Positions 40,203 through 54,489 of a stretch of 64,000 bases of DNA are shown piece by piece. The notes beneath the pieces were generated by a model. The model was not told the DNA's origin and ran no database searches. It was given only the letters and a program-made list of their open reading frames with translations. Source of the DNA: Cercozoa sp. M6MM (lineage: Eukaryota > Protista > Endomyxa: Ascetosporea). The position numbers were made by a program, and so were the translations under genes. The stretch lies in the NCBI GenBank assembly GCA_040357565.1, contig JBDODJ010000015.1; one strand, written 5' to 3'. Positions within the stretch are counted from its first letter, which is position 1; every line of letters starts with the position of its first letter.

Positions 40203-43200
40203 ATGCGCTTCTTGTTGGCCCTGTTGCTTGGCACCACCTTGGCGCAGTCACAGGCCGATGTAAGAACCGCGCCAAAGGATGCGACAGCAGTGCCTGTGTT
40301 TATGGGAGCATCATACGCGCGTCGCTTCCACGTTGTGCAAGACTGGCAGTTCTCGCCGTTCCACGTACGTTTGCTGCGGCTGCAGCCACACCTAAACGAT
40401 TATAAGAGGATCATCACTGCTTGCAGGCTGAAGATCAACATGACGAAAAACTCGGTTTCGCGCGTCACTTTGAGGGCGACGTCGTCTTGCGGCGCCAAAA
40501 ACGCCGCGAACGTCTCGACACGCGCCGACAGCGTCGTAGTCAAGAAGGCTGGCGCTCGGCGAGTGACTTCGCGTCGCTTGACCTGCGCATGCCCGACGAC
40601 GTATGTTTTCCGTCTTTTCGTGCCGTTTTTTTGGGCGTTTTTACGTCCAGATGCTTCTTTGTTTATTCAGGGAAGCGAGTTCAGACTGCAGCTGGAGGTG
40701 GACGACGATCTTGTCGCCGTTCACAACGGGCGCGCCACGGCGCACTGGCAGCAGAACGAACTCATGAGCTATGTGTAATATGGTTTGCTGTGGATGCCGT
40801 GTGTGTGTGTGTGCGTGTGTGCGCGTGTGTGTGTGTGTGTGTGTGTGTGTTCATGTTTACCCGTACATCTGTGTAGCGGTAGAAATGCCACAGTGGAAGC
40901 ACACATTCATGGAACGCGTCATGGAAGTGACGTGCTGCCGACCTTGGCGTCGATTCGGTTCCAAACCTCGCGTGGCATGGACACGATTCGCTTGCAAACA
41001 CTAGCCGTACGCACTGCTTGTTGGTTTTTCCATGTGTTTTAATTCCGGCTTCTTTATGTAGCTTCTGGAGCAAGGCGCTCGTGTACGCATGCATAACGAT
41101 GACAAGGATGGCGAGGCAGCCAAGCTGGAGTTGCGTCGTCTGCAACATATCGCTGCCGACTTGAGCGTATGTGTCAAACTGTGTGTGCTTTTGTATTTAA
41201 TTTGTGTTGCGTTGTCTAGGACGAAGAGAAGGAGAACACACTGGTCGCTTGGCGTCAGTCAGTATTACAGCTTACATTCCAGAGCATGCATAACTACCGC
41301 AGCCTAACCGCAGATGTCCTTGCACGAAGATATGTTTTCTTCGTCTGAGAAATACGTCACGGCAGATGATGTAAAAAATACAGTAGAGAAAAAGCAACGT
41401 AGTTGTCATGTGTATTTATCTCAGGAACTTCCCAGCACACTGTTGCTTGAGACGGACTACACCGTCATGAATGAATGGGGCGACGAGGTACCCCCTCCTT
41501 CGTATGTAATTCACATTAACTCTGTCCATTTAGTGTTGGGGCGGTGCCGAAGACTACGGTCGCACCTTGAACGTTGCATTTGTCGTTGACAAGGTATGCA
41601 CAACATCTCACCGTTTCTGTGTGCTGACAGATCGTGTTTACGCAGATCGCATATGTCACTCTCGGTGGCACTGATGCTGCCGTGACTGCCAAGGTGCAGG
41701 ACTTAGTTACTGAGCTCAATACAGGTATCGATATTAAAATATCGCATATGTTGCATCATTTCCAATAAATTGCAGTGTACACCAAGCAACCGCACGTGCG
41801 TCTTGCTGCTAGTGAGATCATCTTGGCCAAGACTGGCTCCTCGTTGGCTTCGGAGGACTGGAACGTCGACTCGTGTTCGTCAGACAGACCTGTGGAGGAT
41901 ATCATGTCGTCCTTCCAGTACAACAGCTTTGTTGATACTTAACTTGAGTTCCTCGAGTGCAAAGATGTGTAGGGTTTGGAGCAACAACGAAAACACTGGC
42001 AGCGGGCCTTCTTACGTACGATTTGCTGTTTTATTGTTTTATTGTTTAGACTGCACTTGTTTTTTTTTTTAAACTTAGAACTGGCAACTTCTCTCGGGAT
42101 GTCTCTGGGAGAACAATGTCGCCGGTCTGGTACGTTCGCAGTACAGTATCACTTGGACACTTTAAAGAATGTTGTTTGTGCACTGGCAGGCCTACCTGCA
42201 CAAAATCTGCAGCCCATCGAATGCCTGCGGTGTCAGTATGTTCAAACAGGAGAGTCACTGGACTATCGGTAAGATGGCACTTCCCTTTGCCTCTTTTCTG
42301 TTAGGTCTGCTTTGTAAATCCTTTTTTTGCATTAGTCGCACACGAAATCGGGCACAACTTTGGTGCATACCACACCTTCGATGCAGAGAACGTTTATGTA
42401 AGTTTTTAAATTTAGTTTTTTATTTTCCTTGATGTATACGACATTTGTTGTGTGGTATTTATCTCATCACGGCAGGGTGCGCTGCCACAAGGCCAAGCGC
42501 GAACCCTGATGGACTACAGCACTCCCGGCAACAATGTTGTCCAGTTTCATGTAATTACAGCTTTTTTGCGCTTCCCACACCATCGAAACCTTGATACTTT
42601 GTAGGATATTACGAAACCGTACATCTGCAAGCACCTGCGAGAGTATGGACTGTTGCAGGAGTGTATGAGTCAGGTATATGCTGTTCATCAACGACACATG
42701 TTGATTTGGTGTGAGTTAAATGCTTTGGTGCAGGACATTTCGGGAACTGAACTGGGCGACTTGCCTTGCCTAGCTGCTGTCAATGCGCCATTGTTGGATA
42801 CCCAAGGTATGAAGCCAGTTCTGTTAAACGCGTACAGTCCTTGCAGTTGTATGTTTTTGCTGTTCAGGTGGTTCCAACAAGTGCATTCGAGTTACCAGCA
42901 AGGATCCGCTGGGCGGCATTACGGAGTACGGTTGCTATTCGGGAGGCTTACATATCGTTCAGTTCGGGAAAGACTGTCCTGGTAGAATTGGTGACTGGGT
43001 TCGCGTTTATCTGAACTTACTCTGACTGTGGGAATTCCAGAACTCACACAAAAGGCAGCACTTAAAACGAACCCCGATTCTGCCAGATGTGATGCCAAAG
43101 AAAACAAGGATCAAGCGCGCCTGTATAACAACTGCGACGTCTGTGCAGGCGTATGTTGAACACAGTTGTTGTTGCTTTTTGCTTTGTTGATCTGTGTTTC

Positions 43201-43484
43201 TTTTTTGGCGCAGAATTTCTCGGCTTGGACCGACTGTGACGACGGCCAGAGTGTCAGCGTTCGTGTCTACACGGTCGATAAGACCAATGAGGACAATCAC
43301 GAACAGTGTTCCAAACTCGACGGCTTTGAGGAGACTCGGTCTGTTTTCCAACCATCGCTTTTACTGCTTTTACTGTGATCTGCCTATCCTTCTTAGAGAG
43401 TGCAAGGTTCCTACTGGCGGAAGCGCTGGCGCAGTTCCCGCGATGGCTGTGACTGCTGCTGTTATCGTTGCCTTGCTACGCTGA
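40203..43484 (+). CDS. Secreted reprolysin/ADAM-like (M12B) zinc metalloprotease with TSP1-like domain and hydrophobic (GPI-like) tail
   Basis: Signal peptide MRFLLALLLGTTLA, zinc motif AHEIGHNFGAYH (about 42337-42375), Met-turn LMDY, FSAWTDC..CSKLDGFEETREC, and the end SAGAVPAMAVTAAVIVALLR*. Confidence 0.85.
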
Positions 43485-43794
43485 TGTGGCGGTTTTGCTC
43501 ATCAGAAGTCAATCCAAACGAGCGCCTGTCTATACTACCTTTGTACGTGACTTAATTATTGTACTACTGCACTGGGGCGTGGCAGCTCGGCTGTGTATTT
43601 CACTGGTACAGTACGAGGCAGTTTGCCGCGGCCGGTACCCTTGATTGGTTGTACGGTACTGAAAATGTACGTGGAGACCAGCAATCCGTACGTACCGACG
43701 GCATCGTACTGAAGCAGTAAATTAATTGCTCGGGTCGGCAGCGTATTGTGCTGCATTTTAGACGTATTCTCGTGTACCCCAGGAGATACCACCC

Positions 43795-46700
43795 TTTGAC
43801 TGCCCCGAACGAGTGCGAGATTCGTCTCTCGAAGTTCGCTGGCGAACGGGACGTGGCACTTCGAGCTTCGTCTTTCCCGTCTTCTCGACGACGTTGATCG
43901 ACGGAAGTGTTTCGCTCAAGACTTCCGTAGCTAACTGCGTGTTAAACTCAAGCGCCAGTTCCTATTAAAATAAACAACATTTCGAGCTTTTAACACAGAA
44001 CAAGTTTACGTTGGAAGAAGACGTCTCCGAACTCGCGTCTTTTTTCGCGCGAGAGAGTACTTTCAGACGATTCGTCGACTGTTCAACTTCGAGATGTACT
44101 TTGACCTGTTTTCGAACGGCAGCACGTGCACGGCTATCAGCGACGCTGTTCCGCGAGTCTGACAGTCGGGACTTGCGCAGCTCGTGCCTGCGGCTGTGCA
44201 ACGTCTCGCCAGGCTCGCCTTTCAGCGAGACCCACGACTCCAGTGCACTCGGCTTCTTGCCAAATGTGCAAATGTAGTTGTGAGCCCACTGCTCAAACTC
44301 ACAACTTTGTTTCTTCAGGTATTGGCGCCACAAGGAGGACACATGCGCTTCGATGGACTTGCAGTGCTCCATGGCACTCGCCGAGCGACTCCGTGCATCT
44401 AGAGCGATTCAGTTTGCTGAAGTCACAACTCTTGAATACATTCTTACCTGACAGCTCGACGAAGGTTTCAGCAAGATGCTGAGGTACGTTCGATTCTTTC
44501 GCAACGTCAGCGGCAAGTTCTTCGATTTCGTGTTCATTCTTGGAGCAACTCTTCGCTGCAGCTCGACTGGAAAAGAGCTGACTTGCGTGCAACTGAGCAA
44601 GCGCATATGCCCTGGAGCTTGACATATCATCGATGATGCGTTTGCCTCTTTCAAGTTCGCCAGTCATCGTCGCCAGTTCAGCGAGGGCAAAAAACCACTT
44701 TGGCGAATCTTCGCGTTTGCCGTCAAACGAAATCTCACAGCGAGCAGGTTTCGCATCTGACAGCTCAATGCAAAGGCCCGCTTGACTCAGCCAATGTGCG
44801 ACTTGTTGTGAAAATGACAGTGAACTCCTCGACCGCCACTTGTGCAGCACTCGTTCCACATTCGGAAGGTGTAAGTTGTACACCTCCTTCAGCCGCGTCA
44901 CGGTCGACGTGAACACTTCTTCCAGGAACTTGTCGTTCACACGGTGCAGACCGAAGCGCAATGATGCAACGGCATCGAGGAGGTCACAAAAAGCTCTACC
45001 AGTTAATTTAATGTCTTTAAGTTACTGATAATTTAATTGGACCGGATGAAGATTAAATTGTACACAGGCAGCCGAGAATGAAGGATATCAAATGGGCAGG
45101 CAAGAAGGATGTTATCGCAACGCAAGATAGAGTGCGTGAGTGCGCTGGTGTTGCGAAAAACTGCCAAAGATGACGAGACTTCGCCTTGCAGAGCAGTCGG
45201 AGAGCAGAAGCTCGCATGCAAGTCTTCCGGCCTTGCGAGGTTGGCAAAAGCAGAGACAATCCATCCGAATCCTGTGATGTTCTGGAACAGTTCGACCGCG
45301 AGTTGGGCATCCATTTTGGCTGCACTTGCCAGCAAGTAGGTCGTGTCTTCTGCCCGAAGAGTAATCGTGCACGTTTCGCTTTCGACACTTTCTGATTTCA
45401 AGTCGTGCTTTGAGTCTGATCCGGTTTCTTTCGCTTCGGCAAGATGCGAAGCAATGACTTCAAAGATGCTTTTGTCCGTGAAGAGCTGTGGTCTTGGGAG
45501 CTTTCGTAAGTGCGTTTCAACAACGGTTGTACTCATGGCGAGTCCTCCTGTTGCCGCCAGAGCCAAGCACTCGGCGGTTTGCTCTCGCAGCTTCTGCGTG
45601 CGCAAGCAACCAACGGCCAGAGTTCGCAAAGCAAGACTGACGATCTTGTTTAACTCCTCTTCGAATCCAATTTCGTTGAACGAGCGCGATGATAGGTCCA
45701 ATACCCCTACAAAAACAGTTTGCACGTGTTGCACGACATCAAACTCGGAACTTGCGTATTCATCACAAGCGACGTCCCACAGTTCACACAGGCACTGGAG
45801 CGCAGTTCGCGCGACGCCCAAGCGCTCCGACAAGGGCAGTTTTTGCAAAACGGGTGCGTCGACGAGGGACGTCACGTCCGACAGCGTCAGCAGCGTCGTC
45901 GACAACTTTATGAGCTGTGATAAATGATGCGCAGTGATCTGCGCTGCAACAAGCAGCATTGCTCGGACCAGTTGCACAGTTCCAGGGTGAGTGGGGCCTG
46001 TTTAAAGCAAACAAATGATATAGTTTGTGTGTTTTCACGACTCTGGTACGATTTGGACATACCATTCAAGAGTGAGTGTGCCAAAGCGACGAGGCGATCC
46101 ACAAGCTTTTTACAGAGTTCTTCGGAACACATTGCAGCATTCCCTCGCATCTTGAGCAGCAACAATATTTCGGTGCACTCCGACACAACCTGTTTCGAAA
46201 GGGTTCGATCGCAGGCAAGATGCGTCGCACATTCAAACAGCGACATTGCCAATGTGTCTGAAATCATGCATTTTGGTGGCAGGGACAACTTGACCAGCTT
46301 TAGTGCCTCCGACCAAAGCAAGTCATGCTGATACACGAGAAGCAGTTGCGCAACCGTGCCCTGGATTTCGCGACTGTGTTTGCAAAGCAAAGAAGGCAGA
46401 GATGCTGCAGTATCGAGTGAAATCGATGCGATGAACAAAGCAAGATCGGCGAGTTCTTGGCCACGCGAAAACTGATTGTCAGTCGAAACAAAACCGCGCT
46501 CTGACCGCGGAGCCAATGCTCGACTTAAACAGTTCATGCGAGGCCGATAGTTTGATGGGTATTCGCTCTTTGCCGCTATAGCCACCTCCCGCCACATGCA
46601 AAGCAAGCATGATACGAAACTGCCACAGACATTGTGGTCTTTGACGAAAGAGAGCGACACTTCAGTTGAAAAGACTGAGTTCATGAGCAGCACGATTCTT

Positions 46701-47160
46701 TCGAAGACAGAGAGTTTCGCAACAGCGTCACTGTCGAAGTTCTCGCGTGACGTAATCTCACAACAGTCCGACATAACTTGGACACATGTATCCAAGCAAG
46801 CAATAAGAGCTATCGAGTTCCGATGCAACTCAAATCGCTTCGACTTGCTCAGCACACCTTCCAGTACATCTGAACAATGGGACAGTATTAGCGGCCACCT
46901 GACAGGAAGATAAAGGAACAGCAGAAAATAAAAATTGTACCACAGCATTCAACGAATGAAGGCCAATTTTGCTCGTGGCGAAGCGAACGGAGTGTCTCAC
47001 AAAGAATTGCGGCGTCGTTGACCCGAAACACACGCTCACGAAGCGCGACGTTTGTAACTTGTCGCACTCGGCGAGAAATGCCGAGGCGGACTGCTGCAGA
47101 GGGATGATCCTGCGACAAATGCCGCTGAAGATCGCTAGGTTTCACGGCAGAGTTTTGCAT
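43795..47160 (-). CDS. Large Leu-rich alpha-helical (ARM/HEAT-like) hypothetical protein
   Basis: Long consecutive minus-strand ORFs (46888-47160, 45908-46948, 45033-45977, 44299-44961) can be joined by short GT-AG introns. No family recognised and the 3' end is uncertain. Confidence 0.55.
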
Positions 47161-47526
47161 CGCCCTTTTCGAGCAAAATCTGTTCGTGTTAGCACGCTAT
47201 CTCCATAAGAATCTCACTTCAAGTTTCGGAAAAACGACAAAAAAACAAAAAAGTGTACAGTAGTTTTCGAGACGCGGCTCTGCTAAATTTACACTGTTTA
47301 TACTCCAACTGTTTCTGCAAAACTTTTGATTCAAACGCCGGCTTGCAAATGAACTGGGTTGGTTTTTTTTAAACGCAGTCGAACTGAAGCAGTTTTGACT
47401 AGAAACGCGAATGCCTTCGGATTTTGCACTTAACTGAAGCTCAACTAGAAGTCATCGATATTGAGGCGGATGATTTGTTAGCATCAAATCTTTGCTTCTG
47501 CTGTACGTCAGTAAGCGCGACTATAT

Positions 47527-49050
47527 ATGTCATCAAACGAGGCAATTCAAGTTTTCTCCGCGACTCAAAGCAGTTTTTCTCATGAATCGGTACGTGAGCC
47601 TCTGAACTCAAGACGCTATCATTATACTGAAAATGATGCAGCTCTCGACGGTTCAACTTCAGTGCGAAGTTATCAGAAGCAAGAGCGACAGTATCGATGC
47701 CGAAAGCAGAGAAAACGATGCGGTTGTTCGAATTCGACTGAATGGCGAACTCCTCGACGAAACAGTCTCATTGGAGGAGCTCTCGCGGCCTCCCTTCAGC
47801 GAAGTACGCTCGCAAATGAAAACATTTTGCACAGTACCCTTTCGGTTGGGATCTATTTATGCGCTCGTACTGTAGAGCCTCCTGGCCCAAGCACTCGTTG
47901 GGGACCGACACGCTCGCACAGTTGAGCTCCAGCGAAGTCAGTTAACTCTGAAGGTTCGTGTGCGTTCGTATGTGCAGTAGCACATAAGCATGTCAGTATA
48001 AAGAGTGAATGCCACATTGGTAGACGCTAAAGCTGCTGATTCTTCGCATGAAACTTGAGGCTGCGACCAAGGCATCGATGGAACAACGAAGCAGCAATGC
48101 ACTGTTGGAAGAGAGCTTTTTGCGCATTGAGCACCCGGGAAACACCGTGCGAAGACGTCTCAGTCAATTGTGCGAACCATTTTTACTGATACGAGCTGTA
48201 TGATATTGCCAACTGGTGCAGACTGGGCAATTCGCTGTCGGAAGAGGACCTTTCCAACTTGCTGCTTTGGCGCGAGCTCGACAATTATCTGCGCCTCCAG
48301 TCAGGGTACACAACTGCAAGATTTCAACTAGATGCCCTTTACATTCCCTCCTGTCAGGGCGGAAGTCGACTTTGCCTCGGTGATTGGTGCTTACTTTTTG
48401 CGAAAGGGCATCGCTCCCACCGCACGCCGCATGGACCTCGGTCCTCCCGATTTGGAGACTGGAAACAACGAAGACCAAATGCGCTTGTTGCTGCCACCAG
48501 CGCCGCGAGTCTTTGGTAAACAAATGATAGTCAACTGCTGAAAGAAAGGACTCAATGTTGCCCAATTTGGCAGACCGATTCACGAAAATGAACATGTCCT
48601 CATGGCGCCGCTCTGTGACTAGTGAACTCGTTGTCGGTAAGCTATCAATGATATCACCGATCAAGGCTACCACATATGTCACTATGTGATAGTGGAAGAA
48701 GCTTTACCTGAAACTCTGCGTCTGCTGAAGGCCGCGACAGTGCTGCAGCAAGATGCGCCAGACGGAGTGGAAGTTCTTCTGCAGAGTGCCTCTCTTTTTG
48801 CTCGGGTACATCTTCAAAAAGACCTGTCATTTCACAACAACAATAACGCCTGACTTGATAGAGGGACGCTCTCAACAAAGTGCGCAGCATTGAAGTTCGA
48901 TGCTCCGGCGTAGATCCCACAAGGTGGCTCAGTCTTTTTACTACCAATGGTACCACCAGCACCTGTGTTAACATGTTCCGTGTCATTGCAGACGTGCGTG
49001 CATCACCTTTATTCGAGCACGGTCTCCCGAAACAGAGTAGCGCAACTGGC
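47527..49050 (+). CDS. Multi-exon hypothetical coding region (may be the 5' part of the TTLL gene)
   Basis: Plausible exons bounded by AG/GT (LSTVQLQCEV..PPFSE; TLKLLILRMK..; VEEALPETLRLLK..). The frame through 48220-48520 could not be resolved. Confidence 0.35.
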
Positions 49051-49449
49051 CTTCACGTCCGGTTAGATAATGAACTGTTGTTTCGTTACGTTCGTTTTGG
49101 GTACACTACTTCGCGCTGCCAGTGTTACGCCGTTGTAAATCCGATACGATACGGCAGGGGTTTCAGTCGAGTCAGGTCATCGCCTCCAGTTCGTTTTAAG
49201 TTTGGCAGTTGCGCGACGATCTTTCATGAGTTCAGACAACACTTGTACTCTACGATTAGCCTCTGGCTACTTCAAGGATCTGACGCTTCGCAAAGCACAA
49301 CAGTATCTGGCACTTGAACCACCCTGGTCTGTTTCTGCTCTTGATTTCGTGATTTGCGGGAAAATACGAAAATTAATCTAAATTTAAACTGCTGCGGGTA
49401 ACGGGCATCGGCAGAAGCTGAGAGCACTGAACTAGAGCCTTATTGTGAA

Positions 49450-51112
49450 ATGGCGACTTGCTCAAGCTTTTTGCGAGCGGGTGCCGAAAATCAAGCAGTA
49501 TCCTGCGAAATGGGCGAAAAAGTCGCGTGGGAACCACGACACGGTTGGAGCTTCGCCACAGGCCCAGGAGTTGCCAGAAGCTTTGCGGCTTTCCTTCGCG
49601 AACGCGGATGGAGCGAGGCAACGAACATAGTTTTCGACCATGCTGAGCAGAGCCTACCAGTGACGGTGCTGTGGCGGACTCCGCGAAACTCACGCGGCTC
49701 TTGGCAACTTGCGCAACAGAACTCGCAACTACTGAACCATTTCGCCGGCAGCGAATGGCTGACCCGAAAGGTAAAACTTCAACGGCACAGTATCACTTTG
49801 TCTTGACTCAATGGGCTTGTTTAGGACTACTTGTTGCGAACGATTCGTGCAGCTCGCGAGAAAAGCAAGCGGCCTCTCAATTTCATGCCTTTGAGTTTCC
49901 TGCTGCCAAGAGAGCGAAATTCGTTGCTCCAGCGACTGCGCAACGGAGCAAAGCAAAGAAACGCTGAGCCTGCTTTCATCGCCAAACCTGCTGCGCTGGC
50001 ACGTGGCAGAAAGATCTCGCTCATTCGAACTGCGAACGATATTGAACGTGCAGTTTCTCTCGTTCGAGAGGACGATCAAGAAGACAAAATACAGAGCAAG
50101 AAGCGAAGGCACCGAGTGCTCAGTGACGACAGTCCTTCACGCTCAATGGTTGTGCAAAAGTACGTTTCACGACCTCTCCTCGTTGGAGGTCACAAAGTCG
50201 ACTTGCGTCTCTACGTTCTCATCTCGAGCGTCGCTCCACTTCGCGTGTTTCTCCACAAGCGTGGCATTTGTCGCTTTTCTTTGAGAAAATACGAAATAGA
50301 AAGCAAAAGCAGTGCGGAACACGATCTGCTCATGCATCTCACTAACGCATCGTTGCACCGCAAAACTGAAGAATTCGCTGCCGACAAAACTCTGATCGGA
50401 ACGGGCTGCAAGTGGACGCTCGAACGCTTTTGGAACTACGTTCGCGAACACGTATTTTAGCTTCCGTTTCTGTTGTTCTCAATGTAAGCAAGCCTGAATA
50501 AATCGTGTCTCAGAGAGGAGCGGAAGCAGAGACACAGATGAAATTAGAAATTCAGCATTTGGTCGCGCAAACTGTGCTCGCAGCTTTGCCACGGTTGGCT
50601 CCTGCTGACAACGCGTTCGAGCTGTTTGGCTTTGATGTCATGTTCAGGTAAGCACAACGTATCAACTCAAGCTGTTTCTGCCGATTCATTGCTTGCTTGC
50701 ACTCAGTGAGGATTCAGAAGCACATCTGTTTGAAGTGAACTGCTCACCAGCGCTCGGATGTAGTGAGTCGGTGGACCGGCAGGTGAAACCAAAACTTGTG
50801 CACGACTTGCTTAGCACAGTTCTAAACCAGGCCGATCATGAGCACGTGCGAAAGCACGCCACGAAAGAGACGCAAGAGCTCGTGTTCTCACCCAACGAGT
50901 TCGAGCCAATTCTACCACTCGCAACAGTGAAAGCGCGAGCGGCAGCCGAAAGCTTCGCGCAACATGTGCAGAAACACCGAGTGCGTCGAGCCACGGGTGG
51001 CTTCTCCTTGCCACACTTGGCCACGACGTCGTTCTTGCGCACTGAGATTTGTCGCGCTGATGCACTGTTTCGCAACTCTGCGAAGAAGCTTCAGTCCACG
51101 AACTCGGATTAA
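49450..51112 (+). CDS. TTLL: Tubulin-tyrosine ligase-like polyglutamylase (TTLL2/4/5-like)
   Basis: LNHFAGSEWLTRKD, FMPLSFLLP, IAKPAALARGRKI, VVQKYVSRPLLVGGHKVDLRLYVL, HLTNAS, FELFGFDVM and LFEVNCSPAL. The start is uncertain. Confidence 0.88.
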
Positions 51113-51577
51113 TTGAAAGTGGAACCCGGAAGCTAGATTGTAAAACTATAAATACCTGCCACTGAGTGATTACTGTTCTCTGTGCTATAAGTTTAAATTT
51201 ACCTGCCGCATACGACTGTGTGAATTACAGTAAGTTTACTCGGCCGTAATAGTACTTGAGTTTCACCCTGCAGAGTTGCGTACTCGGCTTGACCTAAGTT
51301 ACAGTCGAGCTAAATTTATTTGGCTTTACTTTGCCTGAGATTCGACATACCAGAAACGCAAGCATGTGAAAGCAAAAACGTTGCGCTGTTTTTAAGAAAC
51401 CGAGAAGAAACGCAGTTCCTGAACAAGTTTAACAGACATAGAGCAGTATTAGGCACGCAGGAGAAGACGAAGTGTGCGTATTATTCAGGAGCATGCGTCT
51501 GTTTGGCGTGACACGCACCGTTCAGGTACGCCAAGCAAACAGAACTAACTTCTGTTCATGTTGAAGGTTATTTTACG

Positions 51578-54376
51578 ATGAGCTGTGACTCGAAACAGAT
51601 GGACGTTGTTCTGCGTCACGTGCACTGGAGTGAAAGCACAGCGATAGAAGGAGAGGTGTCTATAGGTTGGACACGTGGACGTCACTCACTGCGTAGGGCT
51701 CTTCCGTTTCTCAAAACAACAACTGTAGAGTATGGTCTTGCAGTCTCAAAGAGCTTTCCTTCGGACTGGCTGCGTTCCAGAGTGGGCGAGACGGATGATT
51801 TTGAAGACAAAAGACGTCTCAGTCTCGTGTCCAACATGTCTTCTGAAGCGATGGTTTGGGTTTTATCCTGTCGCTGTAAATTACTGTACGGTCATGTAGA
51901 TATGGCTTGTTTGTTAGGGCGACATTGGTCTGCAGTGGCACCTGCAGCAATCGATGACAGTCCCCTTTGATCGCAAGCTCGAAAGCAAGGCGCCGAAGAG
52001 CGCGTGCATCACGATCCGCAACTCGGAGCGAATGTTCGCAGCTTCCGAGTTGATTCCGTTGAGAGACTTGGTGCAACTCCTTGGTCCAAAAGTCGGCACA
52101 GAAAAAGCAGTGCGTCGCAATGTCACATTGAAAGACCTTGACGGGAAGGATACCGTGGCGACGGCGCAGCTCGTGGTGCGTGCCAAGGTACTCAAGAAAC
52201 AGTCGGCAAAGGCACGGTGGATACATGAGGCTTCTGGACCTCCCGAAGTCTTGGACACTCCGCACCAAGATGACCTGGATCTGGGTCACACTGGAGGCGT
52301 TGATTACGACAAGGCACTGGAGACGATTCTGTCCGAAGAGAGCAACGATTCGACCGACTCGGAAAGTGACCTGGACTCGTTGAAATATGGGTCGTTTGAA
52401 AGTAAGATTTACTGTGCCTTACCATTCTTAAACTGCTCGTCTATCATTGTGTCACCTGGACAGCTCTGAACATGAGCAACGAGGCCAGACGCGCGAGTCG
52501 TTCGATGTCGATCTCGCAGGCGCGTCTGTGCGAGCCACTGTCACCAGTGTCCGAAACGCGTATCTCTGAACACACGTCCGACAAGCAAGTGTCCTCTCCG
52601 TTGGCCATCGAACTTGAATTGCACGAAGCAGATTTGCAAGTTGCCGCGTATAATCACTCCGAGTACCTTTCATCCTTAATAGTTTTATCCCCGCGTGCTG
52701 ACACTTTGGTACTTGTACACTCAGGGTAAGCAGCGAGTCGCAAAAGGTCGAGCCTCCCGTCGATTGGCACAGCGAAGTCGCCGTGCAGGAGTCGCACATG
52801 TCACCGATCGGCGAAAACACCGAGTCCTGGAACCTACCCCCTCGTAGGATTTTACCCCTCATACTATATTGCCAATTTTACTCCCGTTTAGCTTCATTAC
52901 TTTTCACCCACATTCTAATTTGGAACAGGAATCGAAAGCAAGAAGGATAAGGTCCCTCTCGCTCAACCGCAGCCACGTCGGCTTGCTGATGTGGTATCCC
53001 TTTAATTTTCATCCTCTCACCGTTTACCCTCCCCGTTTACCTCCCCGTTAACTCTTCCCCAGACTGCGATATTCGGACGTGTGCGTCGACGCAGCGATCT
53101 GCGTGTGCCGCCACCATCGATGGCGAGCGAAGTGACGGCATCTTTGCCTACTAACATACAGAGTCCGCGCTCGTACCCACCTTCGCGAAGGGTATACTCC
53201 TTGATGACACATCCTTCCACTTGAGTTTCTCAAATCACTTGAGCAGTCGGGCAACTCGTGTTCGGTGATGTCGGTGCCTGTACATTTGAAGACTTCGCCC
53301 ACTTCCGCATCATCTGAGTCGTATCTTCACTACTTGTCTGCGGACAGGTAGTTCCTCATACCTGGCACTGACAGGAGTATCGATGTGTCGACTGACTTCA
53401 CAAGTACTAGTGACTCGGAAGACATGACACGGATGTCCTCGCACGACCTAGCTGAACAAGTGGAGTCGCTGCTCGAGGCCACAGAAGTTGACCAAGTAGT
53501 TCAGACGCAGACTGATCGGGTGAGTCAGCTGTTTCTTGATCTAATTTCGAAATTAACTTTTGGTGCAGGTTGGCGTCAACACGATCAGCGTGCAAACAGT
53601 GGAGCCTTGGGGCATTGCTCGTACATCTCTTGTTGAAGTTGTTTGTCTCTGATTAGATGTGGTTGTGTCTCTATGAGTAGCCGACATCGCAGAATCGGTC
53701 GACTCAGACTTTGTTCCTGTAGGCCTTTAATATAACCTTCAACTTGCTTGTGGAACTGACTGCTCTGAGTAGAAACACGAGCCGAAACAAGTGCGCTTCT
53801 TGGAGGATTCAGGGCGTTCGACACAAGGACTGTTGTCGCACGCTCAAATTGGAGAACCTCATGTTTCTGTCAAACCACGGCGACTCCCGATACTCGAGGA
53901 AGCGCCTCCGAGTCACTGGAAGCCTCGATCGAAACGACGCGTACATACAGTTTGTTGTTTGGGGTCTACACTCTCCATACCCACGTCCACCTATTGTAGA
54001 TGTCGAATCCATGCCCATCAACGTTCGAACGACTCAAGGCACTTCGTCGCTGGCGCAAGGGCTCGCCCGTTGGAGTCGAGCAGCTCATGCCCAAGACGTG
54101 AGTTTTCTGTGGATTGTTTCCTTTGTAGATCTGTGCTTCTTAAATATGTGCCATTCCTGTAGTTTACCGCCGAAACCGAAGAAGAAACAGGCAGTCGAGT
54201 CGCTTCTGCGACCAGATTTAAAGGCGCTTCTCGATGCTCTCGACAACGTAGAGGATTCGAGTGAATGTGAACTGACGATTCCGCGCTTCAGAAAGATGTC
54301 CGAGTCAGATTTTGTTGACACCTACGCGGTACGACGACGCAATGAACATCTTTGCGTGCCTTTGATGCAGAAATGA
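51578..54376 (+). CDS. Hypothetical protein with possible N-terminal NT-type C2-like domain and Ser/acidic linker
   Basis: Beta-rich N-terminus (VSIGWTRG..ITIR..IPLRDL..VTLK..AQLVVRAK) followed by low-complexity exons. The model is approximate. Confidence 0.45.
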
Positions 54377-54489
54377 CCGACGCTAACAGTACTCTGCTCC
54401 GTTCCTTTATTAAATTAACGTGACAGTGAGAAACCACTCCGTTCGACCTCAGTGAGCTTCAGGCTTTCAGTGTGATGGATAATTTAGTT

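Noticed and set aside
48225-48420. RGS domain (SEEDLSNLLLWRELDNY)
   Set aside because: Only a short resemblance, and the reading frame could not be linked consistently to neighbouring exons.
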